Counted from the first letter of the stretch, positions 36,738 to 45,468 are shown. The stretch: 64,000 nt of DNA from Bdellovibrionales bacterium (GCA_044378055.1 JBILXY010000002.1:27122-91121), one strand, 5' to 3'. Notes: generated from the sequence alone by a model not told the origin. Program-made: numbers and translations.

Positions 36738-38201
36738 TTATTGATTGTGCCTACTAAAAATAATTACGAAAGGTGTTTTCATTAAAATCCACAAATCTAG
36801 CCAAAAACTCCAGTTTTCTAAGTAGTGTACATCCAGCAAAACTTCGCCTTCAAAATCTAGATCACTTCTGCCATTTACTTGGGCAAGCCCAGTAATTCCT
36901 GGCTTAATATTCAAGACCTTCATGTGATGTGATTTATATTTAGCAACCTCTCTTGGTTGATGTGGTCTTGGGCCTACTAAAGACATACTTCCAAGTAAAA
37001 CATTTATAAATTGTGGCAATTCATCTATACTATATTTTTCGATGAAGGCTCCTACTTTAGTTTGTCTAGGGTCATCTTTAATTTTATAAAGAATATCATC
37101 ACGCATATTACTTTTCTTAATCAGCTCTGCTTCTAATTCCAAAGCTTTAACAGAATTAGGATCGCTTTCCGAGGTATTAAATTCTTGATAGTACCTTCTA
37201 AATTTCCACAATTTAAAAACCTTACCATCCGGCCCAATCCTTTCGCTAAAGTATATCACCATACCGGCCGATTCTAAACGAATAGCAATAGCAGTAATTA
37301 TTAAAATTGGCGAAGTAATGATAAGTAAAAATAAGCTGGCAACAATATCAAAAAGTCTTTTCCAAACCAACATCCAACCATCTAAATTTGTATGCTTCAA
37401 TCTTAAGAAAAAAGTATTTTGAATTTTCTGAAATTCCGTTCCAAAAGCTCCAAATCTTTCAACACCAGTTGGATGCACCAAAAAATCCACTTTATTTAAC
37501 TCGGCTAAACTTGCCAATTTGGTTTCAAGCTCATGGTTGCTGGAAAATAAATAAATTTCTGAAATATTTCCAAACTTTATTAGGTCGCTAATAGCAGTAA
37601 AAGAGTTTGTGTTTAATTCTGCATAAGTATAAATTAAGGCCACCTCTGCTTTGTTAGCCAGCCATTTCCCAATTTCAGCATTATTTTTTCCAACTAAAAT
37701 AACCTTACTTTTTAAGTAGCCTAATTTATACAAAAGCTGTTCTATCGCCCACACCCCAAGCCTTGCTAAAACTACACAATACAGAGTTACAAACCCCCCT
37801 GTTCCTAATATAAATCTGCTGATTGGAACACCTTCAGGCAGTGTATCACGATTAAATTCGTTGAAGAAAAAGAAGGTAATAATCGCCAACAAAACCGAAA
37901 ATATTCCCAAGAATAATTGAAAAAAAGTGGCAATCCAATTTTGCTTTCTATTGACTTCGTATAATCCAAGAAGGCTATAAATTACTATTACAGCCAAAGC
38001 CAAAGCTATGGATAAATAAAAGTAATCTAATCTTTCAATTTGTTTGGTTCCAGAAAGTTGAAAACCCAACAAAGTATCTTCATTAAACCACCTGTATCTG
38101 ATTAAATAAACCAAGCCTGCCCCAAATACAATGCTTAAAAAGTCTAATATGGGCTGAAAGGTTATCCTCCAAATATTTTTTGTTTCAGAATTACTAAACA
38201 T
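36738..38201 (-). CDS. Polyprenyl-phosphate sugar phosphotransferase (WbaP/EpsB 'bacterial sugar transferase' family).
   Basis: Several N-terminal TM segments. C-terminal KRLFDIVASLFLLIITSPILIITAIAIRLES, FKLWKFRRY and DELPQFINVLLGSMSLVGPRP. Confidence 0.85.
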   Translation of the reverse strand: MFSNSETKNIWRITFQPILDFLSIVFGAGLVYLIRYRWFNEDTLLGFQLSGTKQIERLDYFYLSIALALAVIVIYSLLGLYEVNRKQNWIATFFQLFLGIFSVLLAIITFFFFNEFNRDTLPEGVPISRFILGTGGFVTLYCVVLARLGVWAIEQLLYKLGYLKSKVILVGKNNAEIGKWLANKAEVALIYTYAELNTNSFTAISDLIKFGNISEIYLFSSNHELETKLASLAELNKVDFLVHPTGVERFGAFGTEFQKIQNTFFLRLKHTNLDGWMLVWKRLFDIVASLFLLIITSPILIITAIAIRLESAGMVIYFSERIGPDGKVFKLWKFRRYYQEFNTSESDPNSVKALELEAELIKKSNMRDDILYKIKDDPRQTKVGAFIEKYSIDELPQFINVLLGSMSLVGPRPHQPREVAKYKSHHMKVLNIKPGITGLAQVNGRSDLDFEGEVLLDVHYLENWSFWLDLWILMKTPFVIIFSRHNQ

Positions 38202-38202
38202 T

Positions 38203-38577
38203 TTATTGAATCATGCTTTGTAGAAAAACTAAAAGCCAGGCCAGTCCAAAATATGTTCCAATAGAAGATGCAAACAATAAGACTATACTAAATAATAACT
38301 CGTACTTACCTTTTAAGAAACCAAGCTTAGCCCAAAACTTTGCCAAAACTTTGTCGGCAAAAAGTATGCAGCCTGTAAATAAACCAAAAACAATTACAGA
38401 GAGCGCAATTACAGAGGCAAGTTCATTAAAACTGTTTACGAAGGAGGTTAAATGTAATAGTCGAACCAGTGTAACAAATAACATACTTATTCCAACAAAA
38501 ACAATTCCAAAAATCCAAAGCGAAATGGATAGCACGAAATAGTTAAAACTTAAACTAATTTTATTATTTTCTGGCAT
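38203..38577 (-). CDS. Small membrane protein (124 aa, about 4 TM).
   Basis: Hydrophobic ORF whose stop lies 1 nt upstream of the sugar-transferase start (same strand). Confidence 0.5.
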   Translation of the reverse strand: MPENNKISLSFNYFVLSISLWIFGIVFVGISMLFVTLVRLLHLTSFVNSFNELASVIALSVIVFGLFTGCILFADKVLAKFWAKLGFLKGKYELLFSIVLLFASSIGTYFGLAWLLVFLQSMIQ

Positions 38578-38726
38578 TTGTATGAAAAGTATAGTTGGTG
38601 GTGGAATTTGTCAACCTGAAAAACAAACAAAGGGATTTATTTATAAGAGTCTAAAATAGTGGCAGAAATGTTTTTGACAAGCGCATAAAGTCCAATTTTA
38701 ACTACTACATTAATTTAGAGCAAAAT

Positions 38727-39341
38727 ATGGCTATAAAACAAACACGCAAATCAAATCGTCTTCCATTTAAATCAATTTATACATCCAACAATTCCTTTTT
38801 TATTACCATGTGTGTGGAAGGGAGGATTTGTTGTTTGTCTAAAATATTTGATGGGAAGGCAAGCCTTACCCCTACGGGTAAAATTGTTGAGGAATCTTGG
38901 TTATCTTTGACCAATTTGGTAAATGATATTCAACTTGATGAATTTGTGATTATGCCAAATCATTTTCACGGAATTATTACTTTTTTCGACCCACCAACAT
39001 TTAAAAATTCAGAAAGATTGGTTGATTTATCCCAAATAATGGCCATATTTAAATCTAAAACAACAAATTTAATCCGTAGGGGAATGCCTTCGGCTTCCCG
39101 AGATAACCGAAGAATTTTGACTGCCCAAGACAACATGGTTTGTAACGGGAAGGCAAGCCTTACCCCTACGAATATACCGAAATTTCAATGGCAGAAATCT
39201 TTTTATGATCATGTTATACGGGATGAAACAGATTTGCTTCGGGTTCGAGAATATATTTTTAATAACCCTTTACAGTGGGAACTGGATATTCTTAATCCAA
39301 AAAATGAGGATGAATACCAAAGATGGTTAATTGCAAAATAA
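38727..39341 (+). CDS. IS200/IS605-type HUH-Y1 transposase of the REP-associated (RAYT-like, COG1943) kind.
   Basis: HUH motif in MPNHFHGII and catalytic Tyr context WQKSFYDHVIRDE. The N-terminus NRLPFKSIYTSNNSFFITMCVEGR is typical of the family. No terminal inverted repeats or second transposase ORF are present. Confidence 0.75.
   Translation: MAIKQTRKSNRLPFKSIYTSNNSFFITMCVEGRICCLSKIFDGKASLTPTGKIVEESWLSLTNLVNDIQLDEFVIMPNHFHGIITFFDPPTFKNSERLVDLSQIMAIFKSKTTNLIRRGMPSASRDNRRILTAQDNMVCNGKASLTPTNIPKFQWQKSFYDHVIRDETDLLRVREYIFNNPLQWELDILNPKNEDEYQRWLIAK
38853..38876 (+). repeat. GC-rich palindromic element inside the RAYT ORF (copy a).
   Basis: GGGAAGGCAAGCCTTACCCCTACG, identical over 24 nt to 39147-39170. 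It ends in CTAC. Confidence 0.8.
39074..39098 (-). repeat. GC-rich palindromic element inside the RAYT ORF (copy b, inverted).
   Basis: CGTAGGGGAATGCCTTCGGCTTCCC, an imperfect reverse complement of copies a and c. It begins (C)GTAG. Confidence 0.7.
39147..39170 (+). repeat. GC-rich palindromic element inside the RAYT ORF (copy c).
   Basis: GGGAAGGCAAGCCTTACCCCTACG. It forms an inverted pair with copy b, separated by 48 nt. Confidence 0.8.
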
Positions 39342-39419
39342 GAAAAAAGATAGAAGTAAAGAATACCAAAATCTAAGCGATATGAACCTAAGAAAATTTT
39401 AAAACACTGTGATTACCCC

Positions 39420-39764
39420 CTACCCAATTCTAACTTCAACTTGAAGATTGGAGTGTTTTTCTTTTAATTTTTCTTCGAACACGCCAATATTGGTTTTTAG
39501 AAAAGCTAGCAAAGTTCTGTTTTCTGATTGAATTTTAATGTTTAAGTCGCTCAATTCCTCGGTCTGTTTCACAAAAACTTGAATTTGTTCAATGTCTTGT
39601 TTATCTAAACCCAGGCTTTCTAAAACCGTGTTAATATCTTCCCTAACTGTGAAATTAAGAAAGGCAAGTTGCTTTAACTTGCCAAACCCGCTTTGTTTTA
39701 TTTTTTCGCCTAATGTTCCTAATTTTGAAAGCTTGGACACTTTTAATATATTAAACTTGTACAA
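39420..39764 (-). CDS. Hypothetical protein (114 aa).
   Basis: The ORF start overlaps the 3' end of the RNase J gene by 14 nt on the same strand. Confidence 0.45.
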   Translation of the reverse strand: MYKFNILKVSKLSKLGTLGEKIKQSGFGKLKQLAFLNFTVREDINTVLESLGLDKQDIEQIQVFVKQTEELSDLNIKIQSENRTLLAFLKTNIGVFEEKLKEKHSNLQVEVRIG

Positions 39765-41946
39765 TAACTGGAATAATCATCGGTTCTTTTTCAGTTTTAG
39801 CTGAAATAAAGTCTTTAGCGATATTCCTTACTTGCTGTCTCATTTCGGTCCAATAAGTTTTAGATTCAGGATCAACTTTGATGCCAGGGAATTTAGCTCT
39901 TATTTCATCTCTAATAAGATCGAACAAATCTACACTGGTTTTCATGTAAACGAAACCTCTGCTGATAAGTTCTGGGCCACCAACCAAGTTCTTTTGTTTG
40001 TTAACCAGAAGTACAACTATAACGCTTCCTTGGGTGCTCATTTGTCTTCTTTCTTCTAAAACAACTTCAGAAACTGCCCCTACTCCTGTTCCATCCACTA
40101 GAAGATAGCTTTCGGTAATTACATCTTCAGTTAAGGCAACTTCTTTGGAACGCAGCTCAATAATTCTACCGTTTTCGCCAATTAAACAGTGATCGGCTGG
40201 AATTCCTACTCCGGCTCCTAATTCGCCAACTTTCTTCAACATGAAGTGATTTCCGTGAATTGGTTGTAAATAATCTGGTCTTGTTAAAGCAAACAATAAT
40301 TTCAAATCTTCCTGGCAAGCGTGACCAGAAACATGTAACTGGAATTCCTTTGGAGAATAAACAGTAACACCTTTCCTAGATAGTTGAGCAATAAGATGCT
40401 GAATTGAATCTTCGTTACCTGGAATAGTTGTGGAAGAGAAGATAACTGCATCTCCACCTTGAAGACGAATTTGATCATGCTCATCACGGGACATTCTGCT
40501 TAGACCTGCTAATTCTTCACCTTGTGAACCTGTTGCTAAAACACAAACTTGATTGTCTGGTAATTTAGCAATATCTTTCATTTCAACAATCATTCCTTGT
40601 GGAACTTTTAGGTATCCAAGTTCAAAACAAGCTTTGAAGTTAGTAATCATGGATCTGCCAACTAAAGCAAGCTTCCTATTATTTTTTACACAGGCGTCGA
40701 TAACTAGTTGAGCTCTTGAAATACTGGAAGCAAAGGTTGTGAAAATTATTCTACCTTCACATTCAGCAAAGATTTTAGAAATAGTTTTACCAATTTCCTT
40801 TTCAGAGATCTGGTAACCAGGCTTCATTACACCTAAAGAATCGGTTAAAAGTAATCTAACTCCTTCGTCTCCGAATTTAGCTAATTTTCCGTAATCACTT
40901 AACTGTCCATCAATAGGGGTATTATCAAATTTCCAATCTGTTGCGTAAATAATTCTTCCCATTGGGGTGTCGATACAAAGACCAACTACATCTGGGATTG
41001 AGTGATTTAATCTAAAGAATTGGAACTTGAATACACCTAAAGTTAATGGTTGTTCTAAGTTGATAATTTTAGCTACAATTTTGTCGGCTAAATCAAATTC
41101 TTGAAGTCTATTTTTTAACAAGGCCAAAGTTAGTGGCATGCTAAAAATTGGGATTGGCCCTAATTTAGGCAAAATATATGGCGCTGCACCGATATGGTCT
41201 AAATGTCCGTGAGTATAAATAATACCGCGAATTTTGTGCCTGTTTTGCTCGATATATCCAGTATCAGGAATAATGTAATCTACACCTGGGAATCTTTCAC
41301 CTCCTCCGAAGCCTAGGCCTGAATCTACTAATACAATGTCGTCACCGCATTCAATGGCTGTCATGTTCATTCCAACTTCATTTACCCCACCAAGTGGAAT
41401 AAGTCTTACAATGTTTCCTTCTGGAAAAACTGGAATAGAGTTAGTTTGAATTAACGGGCCAGTATTGAAAGAAGCTGATACAGTAGCATGTCCAAGATTG
41501 CCTTTGGTTAACATTCCTGTACCTCTGCTTTGTTTGCTGGAAGAATAAGACTTACTTTTTCCATTAAGGAAATCAAGGTTTTGGGTTTGGCTATTTTCTT
41601 CTCTTCTAGCCATGTATTGTGGCCTTTGCGCTGTTACAGATTGAGTTTTTGGATCTGTATTAACAGGTCTTCTGTTGTTCCTTCTTGGGGAATTATTTCC
41701 AGAATTCTGACGATTTGAACCATTAGAATTTCCATTGTTGGGGTTATTCATTGGCTTAAAATTGTTTATTCTTGGGATAGAGTTTACTTTCTCAGAATTA
41801 ACTGGATTGTTGGTATTTCTTGAGGTGTTACCGTTACCTGTGTTTTTATTTTCGCCCAAATTTAAAGGAGGAAAATTAATAAGATTTTCGTTTATCATAT
41901 AGATATTTTTTTGATTATTTAATAATCTCAGTTCTAAAGTATTCAT
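39751..41946 (-). CDS. rnj: Ribonuclease J (metallo-beta-lactamase/beta-CASP) with an Asn-rich N-terminal extension of roughly 180 aa.
   Basis: The canonical core starts at VRLIPLGGVNEVGMNM. The HxHxDH motif is THGHLDHIGA. The N-terminal extension is rich in N/S/P/R. Confidence 0.85.
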   Translation of the reverse strand: MNTLELRLLNNQKNIYMINENLINFPPLNLGENKNTGNGNTSRNTNNPVNSEKVNSIPRINNFKPMNNPNNGNSNGSNRQNSGNNSPRRNNRRPVNTDPKTQSVTAQRPQYMARREENSQTQNLDFLNGKSKSYSSSKQSRGTGMLTKGNLGHATVSASFNTGPLIQTNSIPVFPEGNIVRLIPLGGVNEVGMNMTAIECGDDIVLVDSGLGFGGGERFPGVDYIIPDTGYIEQNRHKIRGIIYTHGHLDHIGAAPYILPKLGPIPIFSMPLTLALLKNRLQEFDLADKIVAKIINLEQPLTLGVFKFQFFRLNHSIPDVVGLCIDTPMGRIIYATDWKFDNTPIDGQLSDYGKLAKFGDEGVRLLLTDSLGVMKPGYQISEKEIGKTISKIFAECEGRIIFTTFASSISRAQLVIDACVKNNRKLALVGRSMITNFKACFELGYLKVPQGMIVEMKDIAKLPDNQVCVLATGSQGEELAGLSRMSRDEHDQIRLQGGDAVIFSSTTIPGNEDSIQHLIAQLSRKGVTVYSPKEFQLHVSGHACQEDLKLLFALTRPDYLQPIHGNHFMLKKVGELGAGVGIPADHCLIGENGRIIELRSKEVALTEDVITESYLLVDGTGVGAVSEVVLEERRQMSTQGSVIVVLLVNKQKNLVGGPELISRGFVYMKTSVDLFDLIRDEIRAKFPGIKVDPESKTYWTEMRQQVRNIAKDFISAKTEKEPMIIPVIVQV

Positions 41947-42099
41947 AAAAATTATGAATCTGAACTTCGAACCAGAGAAAAATGTATATTTGTAAGATTT
42001 ATGCTGAACATAAACTTTAGTTCTTTAAAACTACACTTTCGTCTGCTACTAAGTTTTCCAGCTGGGAATAAATTGAATTTAAATTGATTTATATTTTTG

Positions 42100-42174
42100 T
42101 GGTGCCGAAGGTCAGAATCGGACTGACGACACGAGGCTCTTCAGGCCACTGCTCTACCACTGAGCTACTTCGGC
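42100..42174 (-). tRNA. tRNA-Phe (anticodon GAA), CCA encoded, with an atypical T-loop.
   Basis: Manual cloverleaf on the minus strand. Acceptor GCCGAAG/CTTCGGC; D arm GCTC-AGTGGTA-GAGC; anticodon arm GTGGC-CTGAAGA-GCCTC; T arm GTCAG-TCCGATT-CTGAC; discriminator A followed by CCA. Confidence 0.8.
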
Positions 42175-42226
42175 AAAATTCCAACTATGTTAAGTTAAGA
42201 ATAATGTTATTTTTATTTTATGTAAA

Positions 42227-42586
42227 CTATTTCGAGTGAAGATTCTGAAAAAGCTTTCTTACAGTTGGTAAGATTTGGTTTTCCATCTCTGTCAAATCTA
42301 ATTTTAAAAATTTAGGATCTTTTACCTGAATTACGCAATTTAAACTATTTGGAAGTCTATCTTGAAACTGCAGATTAGAGAAAATTGCATGAATTTTTCT
42401 ACGAAGCCTATTTCTTCTATTAGATCTTCTTAGAACTTTTTTGGAAATCACTACTAAAAGTTTAAACTCGGTGTTTGTGGACGGACTTAAACAAGTTTGA
42501 AATAACTTATTGCTGTCTCTATATTTTGTCCTGTAAGCGGATTTAATCTCTTTTTCTAGGCGAATTCTGTTTGTTCTAGGAAGCAC
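42227..42586 (-). CDS. rnpA: RNase P protein component.
   Basis: Basic 119-aa protein immediately downstream of rpmH, the conserved rpmH-rnpA order. Arg-rich motif RRSNRRNRLRRKI. Confidence 0.65.
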   Translation of the reverse strand: MLPRTNRIRLEKEIKSAYRTKYRDSNKLFQTCLSPSTNTEFKLLVVISKKVLRRSNRRNRLRRKIHAIFSNLQFQDRLPNSLNCVIQVKDPKFLKLDLTEMENQILPTVRKLFQNLHSK

Positions 42587-42596
42587 TTTTTAAAGC

Positions 42597-42740
42597 TTAT
42601 TTTGATGATGCTTGAAAAGTCAAAGCCCACCTTCCTTTAGCCCTTCGGCTTTTTAAAATGTGGGGTGCATTTTTTAATCTGGCACGAAATCCAGCTTTTC
42701 TTGCTCTTTGCCTCTTTTTTGGCTGATAAGTAACAGACAT
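42597..42740 (-). CDS. rpmH: 50S ribosomal protein L34 (not in the supplied ORF track; 47 aa).
   Basis: The manual minus-strand translation is MSVTYQPKKRQRARKAGFRARLKNAPHILKSRRAKGRWALTFQASSK. This matches the L34 pattern M.xTYQPxxxxRxxxxGFRxRMxxxxGxxxxxxRRxKGR. Confidence 0.85.
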   Translation of the reverse strand: MSVTYQPKKRQRARKAGFRARLKNAPHILKSRRAKGRWALTFQASSK

Positions 42741-42748
42741 TTGAATTT

Positions 42749-42777
42749 ACAATATTCAAGTTGAACTTTCCTGTCAA
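42749..42777 (-). promoter_or_regulatory. Candidate sigma70-type promoter of rpmH with leaderless geometry.
   Basis: The minus strand reads TTGACA-17 nt-TATTGT, then 8 nt to the ATG of rpmH. Confidence 0.45.
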
Positions 42778-42837
42778 GTATTATAACGATTAGGCTTGAT
42801 AGCTGATTATGCTTTAATGCCTTAATATAGCTTAAAT

Positions 42838-43125
42838 TTGCCTTTTAAGGAAAAGTGTGTATTTATTAGTTGGAAAACCGTATTTTATAGAAGTGGGGGT
42901 AACACAGTGGAAGGTATTGCGATTGGATTTTGTGTTATTGGTTTTTTATTTTCAGCTCTATTCGCTATCATCTGTATATCAGATGATTCGACATTTGCAC
43001 TGGGGCTGGCAGTTCTTGCAGTTGCCTTCGGTTTGGCTGGATTTAACCAGCTTTTATTTGGATTAATATTGGGATTACTGTCTTTGGGGATAATGATCTC
43101 ACCTCATATAATCAAACGGTTGTAA
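42838..43125 (+). CDS. Small membrane protein (start uncertain; the track uses TTG).
   Basis: Hydrophobic ORF with 2-3 TM segments. Confidence 0.4.
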   Translation: MPFKEKCVFISWKTVFYRSGGNTVEGIAIGFCVIGFLFSALFAIICISDDSTFALGLAVLAVAFGLAGFNQLLFGLILGLLSLGIMISPHIIKRL

Positions 43126-43189
43126 ACTTAGTTACTATACCCACTTCAAGTGGGTCTTTCTTTGCCCAAAATTTCCTACCTTTATCCTC

Positions 43190-43681
43190 TTGCCATTTAG
43201 AAAAATATATGCACTGCTTAAATATTGTGGATTATTAATGAAAAGGAGATCAGGTATGCAGTTTCCAACTTTTGGGTATGGTTTTATCATTGACTTGCTA
43301 TTTCTCGTTGGATTTTTGATGATCGCGTTTGGCTGGCTGTTTGAACGCAGAAATCCATTGCTGTACGCTGGCATTATTATAATTTATATAAGCGGATTTA
43401 GTTGGTCCGTAATAGTAGGTAGCAGTGTTGGTATACTCCCTGTCACAGTATATAGCTGTGTCTTCTACATAGCCATATTCTTTGCCTTTAAAATTAAGGC
43501 GACCAGGGTGTATTTCGGTTTAGGTATAATTATTACGAACATTTGTATAATGTTTTTTTCCAGCTTAAAAAAGCAACAAGCTGATATCCTTATTCAGTAC
43601 ATTCTTCCTGTAATAATGTGTATGCTTATTGCAAGTATAATTCTAAGGCTTATTCAAAAAACTCTGAGGAGGTGGAGATAA
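43190..43681 (+). CDS. Membrane protein (163 aa, about 5 TM).
   Basis: Hydrophobic ORF. Its stop abuts the next start at 43682. Confidence 0.5.
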   Translation: MPFRKIYALLKYCGLLMKRRSGMQFPTFGYGFIIDLLFLVGFLMIAFGWLFERRNPLLYAGIIIIYISGFSWSVIVGSSVGILPVTVYSCVFYIAIFFAFKIKATRVYFGLGIIITNICIMFFSSLKKQQADILIQYILPVIMCMLIASIILRLIQKTLRRWR

Positions 43682-43894
43682 ATGGATATTAACCTTGTTT
43701 TGGCAGTCATCCTAGCCTGCATCTTTGCGGTACTAGGAATCATTTCATTTCAAAACAATTTGAATGGAATTGGATGGATATTTATAATTGCTGCAGGCAT
43801 CTGCATTCTATGCAAAGATTTTTTCTTGCTAGTAATTGCAGGATGTTCGATTATAGTTTTAGTATATTTTCTAGCCAAATCATATAAAGGTTAG
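43682..43894 (+). CDS. Small membrane protein (70 aa).
   Basis: Two TM segments. A strong terminator follows. Confidence 0.5.
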   Translation: MDINLVLAVILACIFAVLGIISFQNNLNGIGWIFIIAAGICILCKDFFLLVIAGCSIIVLVYFLAKSYKG

Positions 43895-43916
43895 CAAAGA
43901 ATTATTCACTAAAACC

Positions 43917-43944
43917 GCCCCGAATTTACGGGGCTTTATTTTTT
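43917..43944 (+). terminator. Intrinsic terminator.
   Basis: GCCCCG-AATTTA-CGGGGC followed by TTTATTTTTT. Confidence 0.8.
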
Positions 43945-43965
43945 GGTAAAATTACAAATTTCCAA

Positions 43966-45021
43966 TTAGTTTGCGTACCAATCCCATGGGTTTATGTTGG
44001 GTGTTGTTTTGCCTGTTTCAACCACAACCTCCAAAATTGTAGTGTGAAAACTTGCTGGAACATCAACCCCTTGGCATTCTTTACCAGGATAGCCTATCAT
44101 CATACAATCCTTTACATATTTATTATAATAAACTAAAGAAGGCCATTCCTGAAGCATACCCTTAGCATCTAGAACACCTTTCACATACACATTATACTTT
44201 CCAGGATCAACAGCAATGAAATAAGTTTGGCCACTTGTGTCTATGCACTTTTCGGCTGCTGAAACCAAATTTTTAGCGCAAAGCCTTTGATTAGGAACAA
44301 ATTCTGAAGGGTAAGTTAGCCCGCCGGAAATACCAGTTTTAGCAGTGGAAGAAGAACCATCGGTAATTTGTAAATTATCTGAAATAGACCAACCCTTGCT
44401 TCCGTCTGTCCAACTTACTTGATACCAAGTGTACTTTCCGCCCAAACATTCTTTTTCAATAGGGCCGCCTAGTAATTCGCCGGTTGAATCCCATTTTTGC
44501 AAGTTTCCAGTAATTGTTTCGCAAGGATTTATTCTAACATTCACCCCTGTTCCCTTCGAACCGTTGGCAATACTTTTTACCGCTTTTTTAGTTACTACAG
44601 GAACTTCAGGTTTAGCATCTGTGATTTTAGTTGGAACTTTAACTAATTCGGTGAAAGTTTCCCCTTCGGCAGTTTTACACTGATTAGGATTTTTTGTTAT
44701 TGTGGATGAAGTGATAGCAGCGCATTCTTCGTAAGTAGAAGCCTTACTTTCTTTTTTAGTGTCAGCAGTATTAGAGTTTGAACTAGAGCCAGGTTTATCC
44801 CTATTTTGAAACATGGCATAAGCCCCTGCCCCAACCCCTGCCGCAATTAGCATGCAGCCAATTATTACAGCAACCCACACAGGCCAAGAAATTGAAGCTA
44901 TACCACTTTCAGGCTGATGAATTTCAGGCATGGAAGCCCCAAAATTAGGTTGTGGATTATAATTTCCAGTATCTTGTTGGTTGTTATTAATATCAGGATT
45001 GTTAGGATTATTTTCAGACAT
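43966..45021 (-). CDS. Membrane-anchored protein with an SH3b-like domain.
   Basis: A Pro/Asn-rich N-terminus and one TM segment (WPVWVAVIIGCMLIAAGVGAGAYAMF). The segment GVNVRINPCETITGNL...YTWYQVSWTDGSKGWSISDNLQI resembles bacterial SH3. Confidence 0.5.
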   Translation of the reverse strand: MSENNPNNPDINNNQQDTGNYNPQPNFGASMPEIHQPESGIASISWPVWVAVIIGCMLIAAGVGAGAYAMFQNRDKPGSSSNSNTADTKKESKASTYEECAAITSSTITKNPNQCKTAEGETFTELVKVPTKITDAKPEVPVVTKKAVKSIANGSKGTGVNVRINPCETITGNLQKWDSTGELLGGPIEKECLGGKYTWYQVSWTDGSKGWSISDNLQITDGSSSTAKTGISGGLTYPSEFVPNQRLCAKNLVSAAEKCIDTSGQTYFIAVDPGKYNVYVKGVLDAKGMLQEWPSLVYYNKYVKDCMMIGYPGKECQGVDVPASFHTTILEVVVETGKTTPNINPWDWYAN

Positions 45022-45160
45022 GGAAAGATGAAGTTTAGATCAGCAAATATTTGTAGCTACTTCATTTAAAACTTATTTCAAAAAGTCAAACTAACTATTG
45101 CTATTTAAATAAATTTGTGTATAATTTAAAAAGGTTTCTGAATTTCTACTAAATCTATAA

Positions 45161-45391
45161 TTGGTAAGCCAAATGAACATTGAAACAATTTTTAGTGTGC
45201 TGTTAGCCATAATTGCGATGGCGTTGCTGTATGGAGCTACACAAAAAGTATCGCCAAAAAAATGGATGCTTTGGATTGAAATTCCAGTAGCCATTGCTAT
45301 CTGTGGGGCGCTTTCGTTAAACTGGCCAATTTGGCTGTGCTTGCTGATTCTCGACTTCATACTAGCAATTTGCGTGTATAGTCTAGAATAG
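45161..45391 (+). CDS. Small membrane protein (76 aa).
   Basis: I preferred this over the overlapping antisense ORF 45091..45360. It is hydrophobic with 2-3 TM segments and is followed by a hairpin terminator. Confidence 0.4.
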   Translation: MVSQMNIETIFSVLLAIIAMALLYGATQKVSPKKWMLWIEIPVAIAICGALSLNWPIWLCLLILDFILAICVYSLE

Positions 45392-45418
45392 TATATTTAT
45401 GTTTTCCAAATAAAAAGT

Positions 45419-45466
45419 CCTCTCTGATTAAAAGCAACCTAGCCTTTCAGAGAGGCAATTTTTTTT
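45419..45466. terminator. Bidirectional terminator hairpin between convergent genes.
   Basis: CCTCTCTGA-19 nt-TCAGAGAGG (9-bp stem). T-tracts lie on both strands (CAATTTTTTTT on plus, ACTTTTTA on minus). Confidence 0.6.
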
Positions 45467-45468
45467 GC

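Noticed and set aside
41955-41975. TTCGAACC string, considered as the T-arm of a third tRNA.
   Set aside because: The flanking sequence cannot form a T stem or an acceptor stem.
42741-42837. Replication origin next to rpmH.
   Set aside because: There is no dnaA gene and no cluster of TTATCCACA-like boxes. The only near-matches (61190, 63311) are isolated, and one lies inside a repeat element.
45091-45360. 89-aa minus-strand ORF.
   Set aside because: It overlaps the plus-strand 76-aa membrane ORF, which is more hydrophobic and more consistent and is followed by a terminator.
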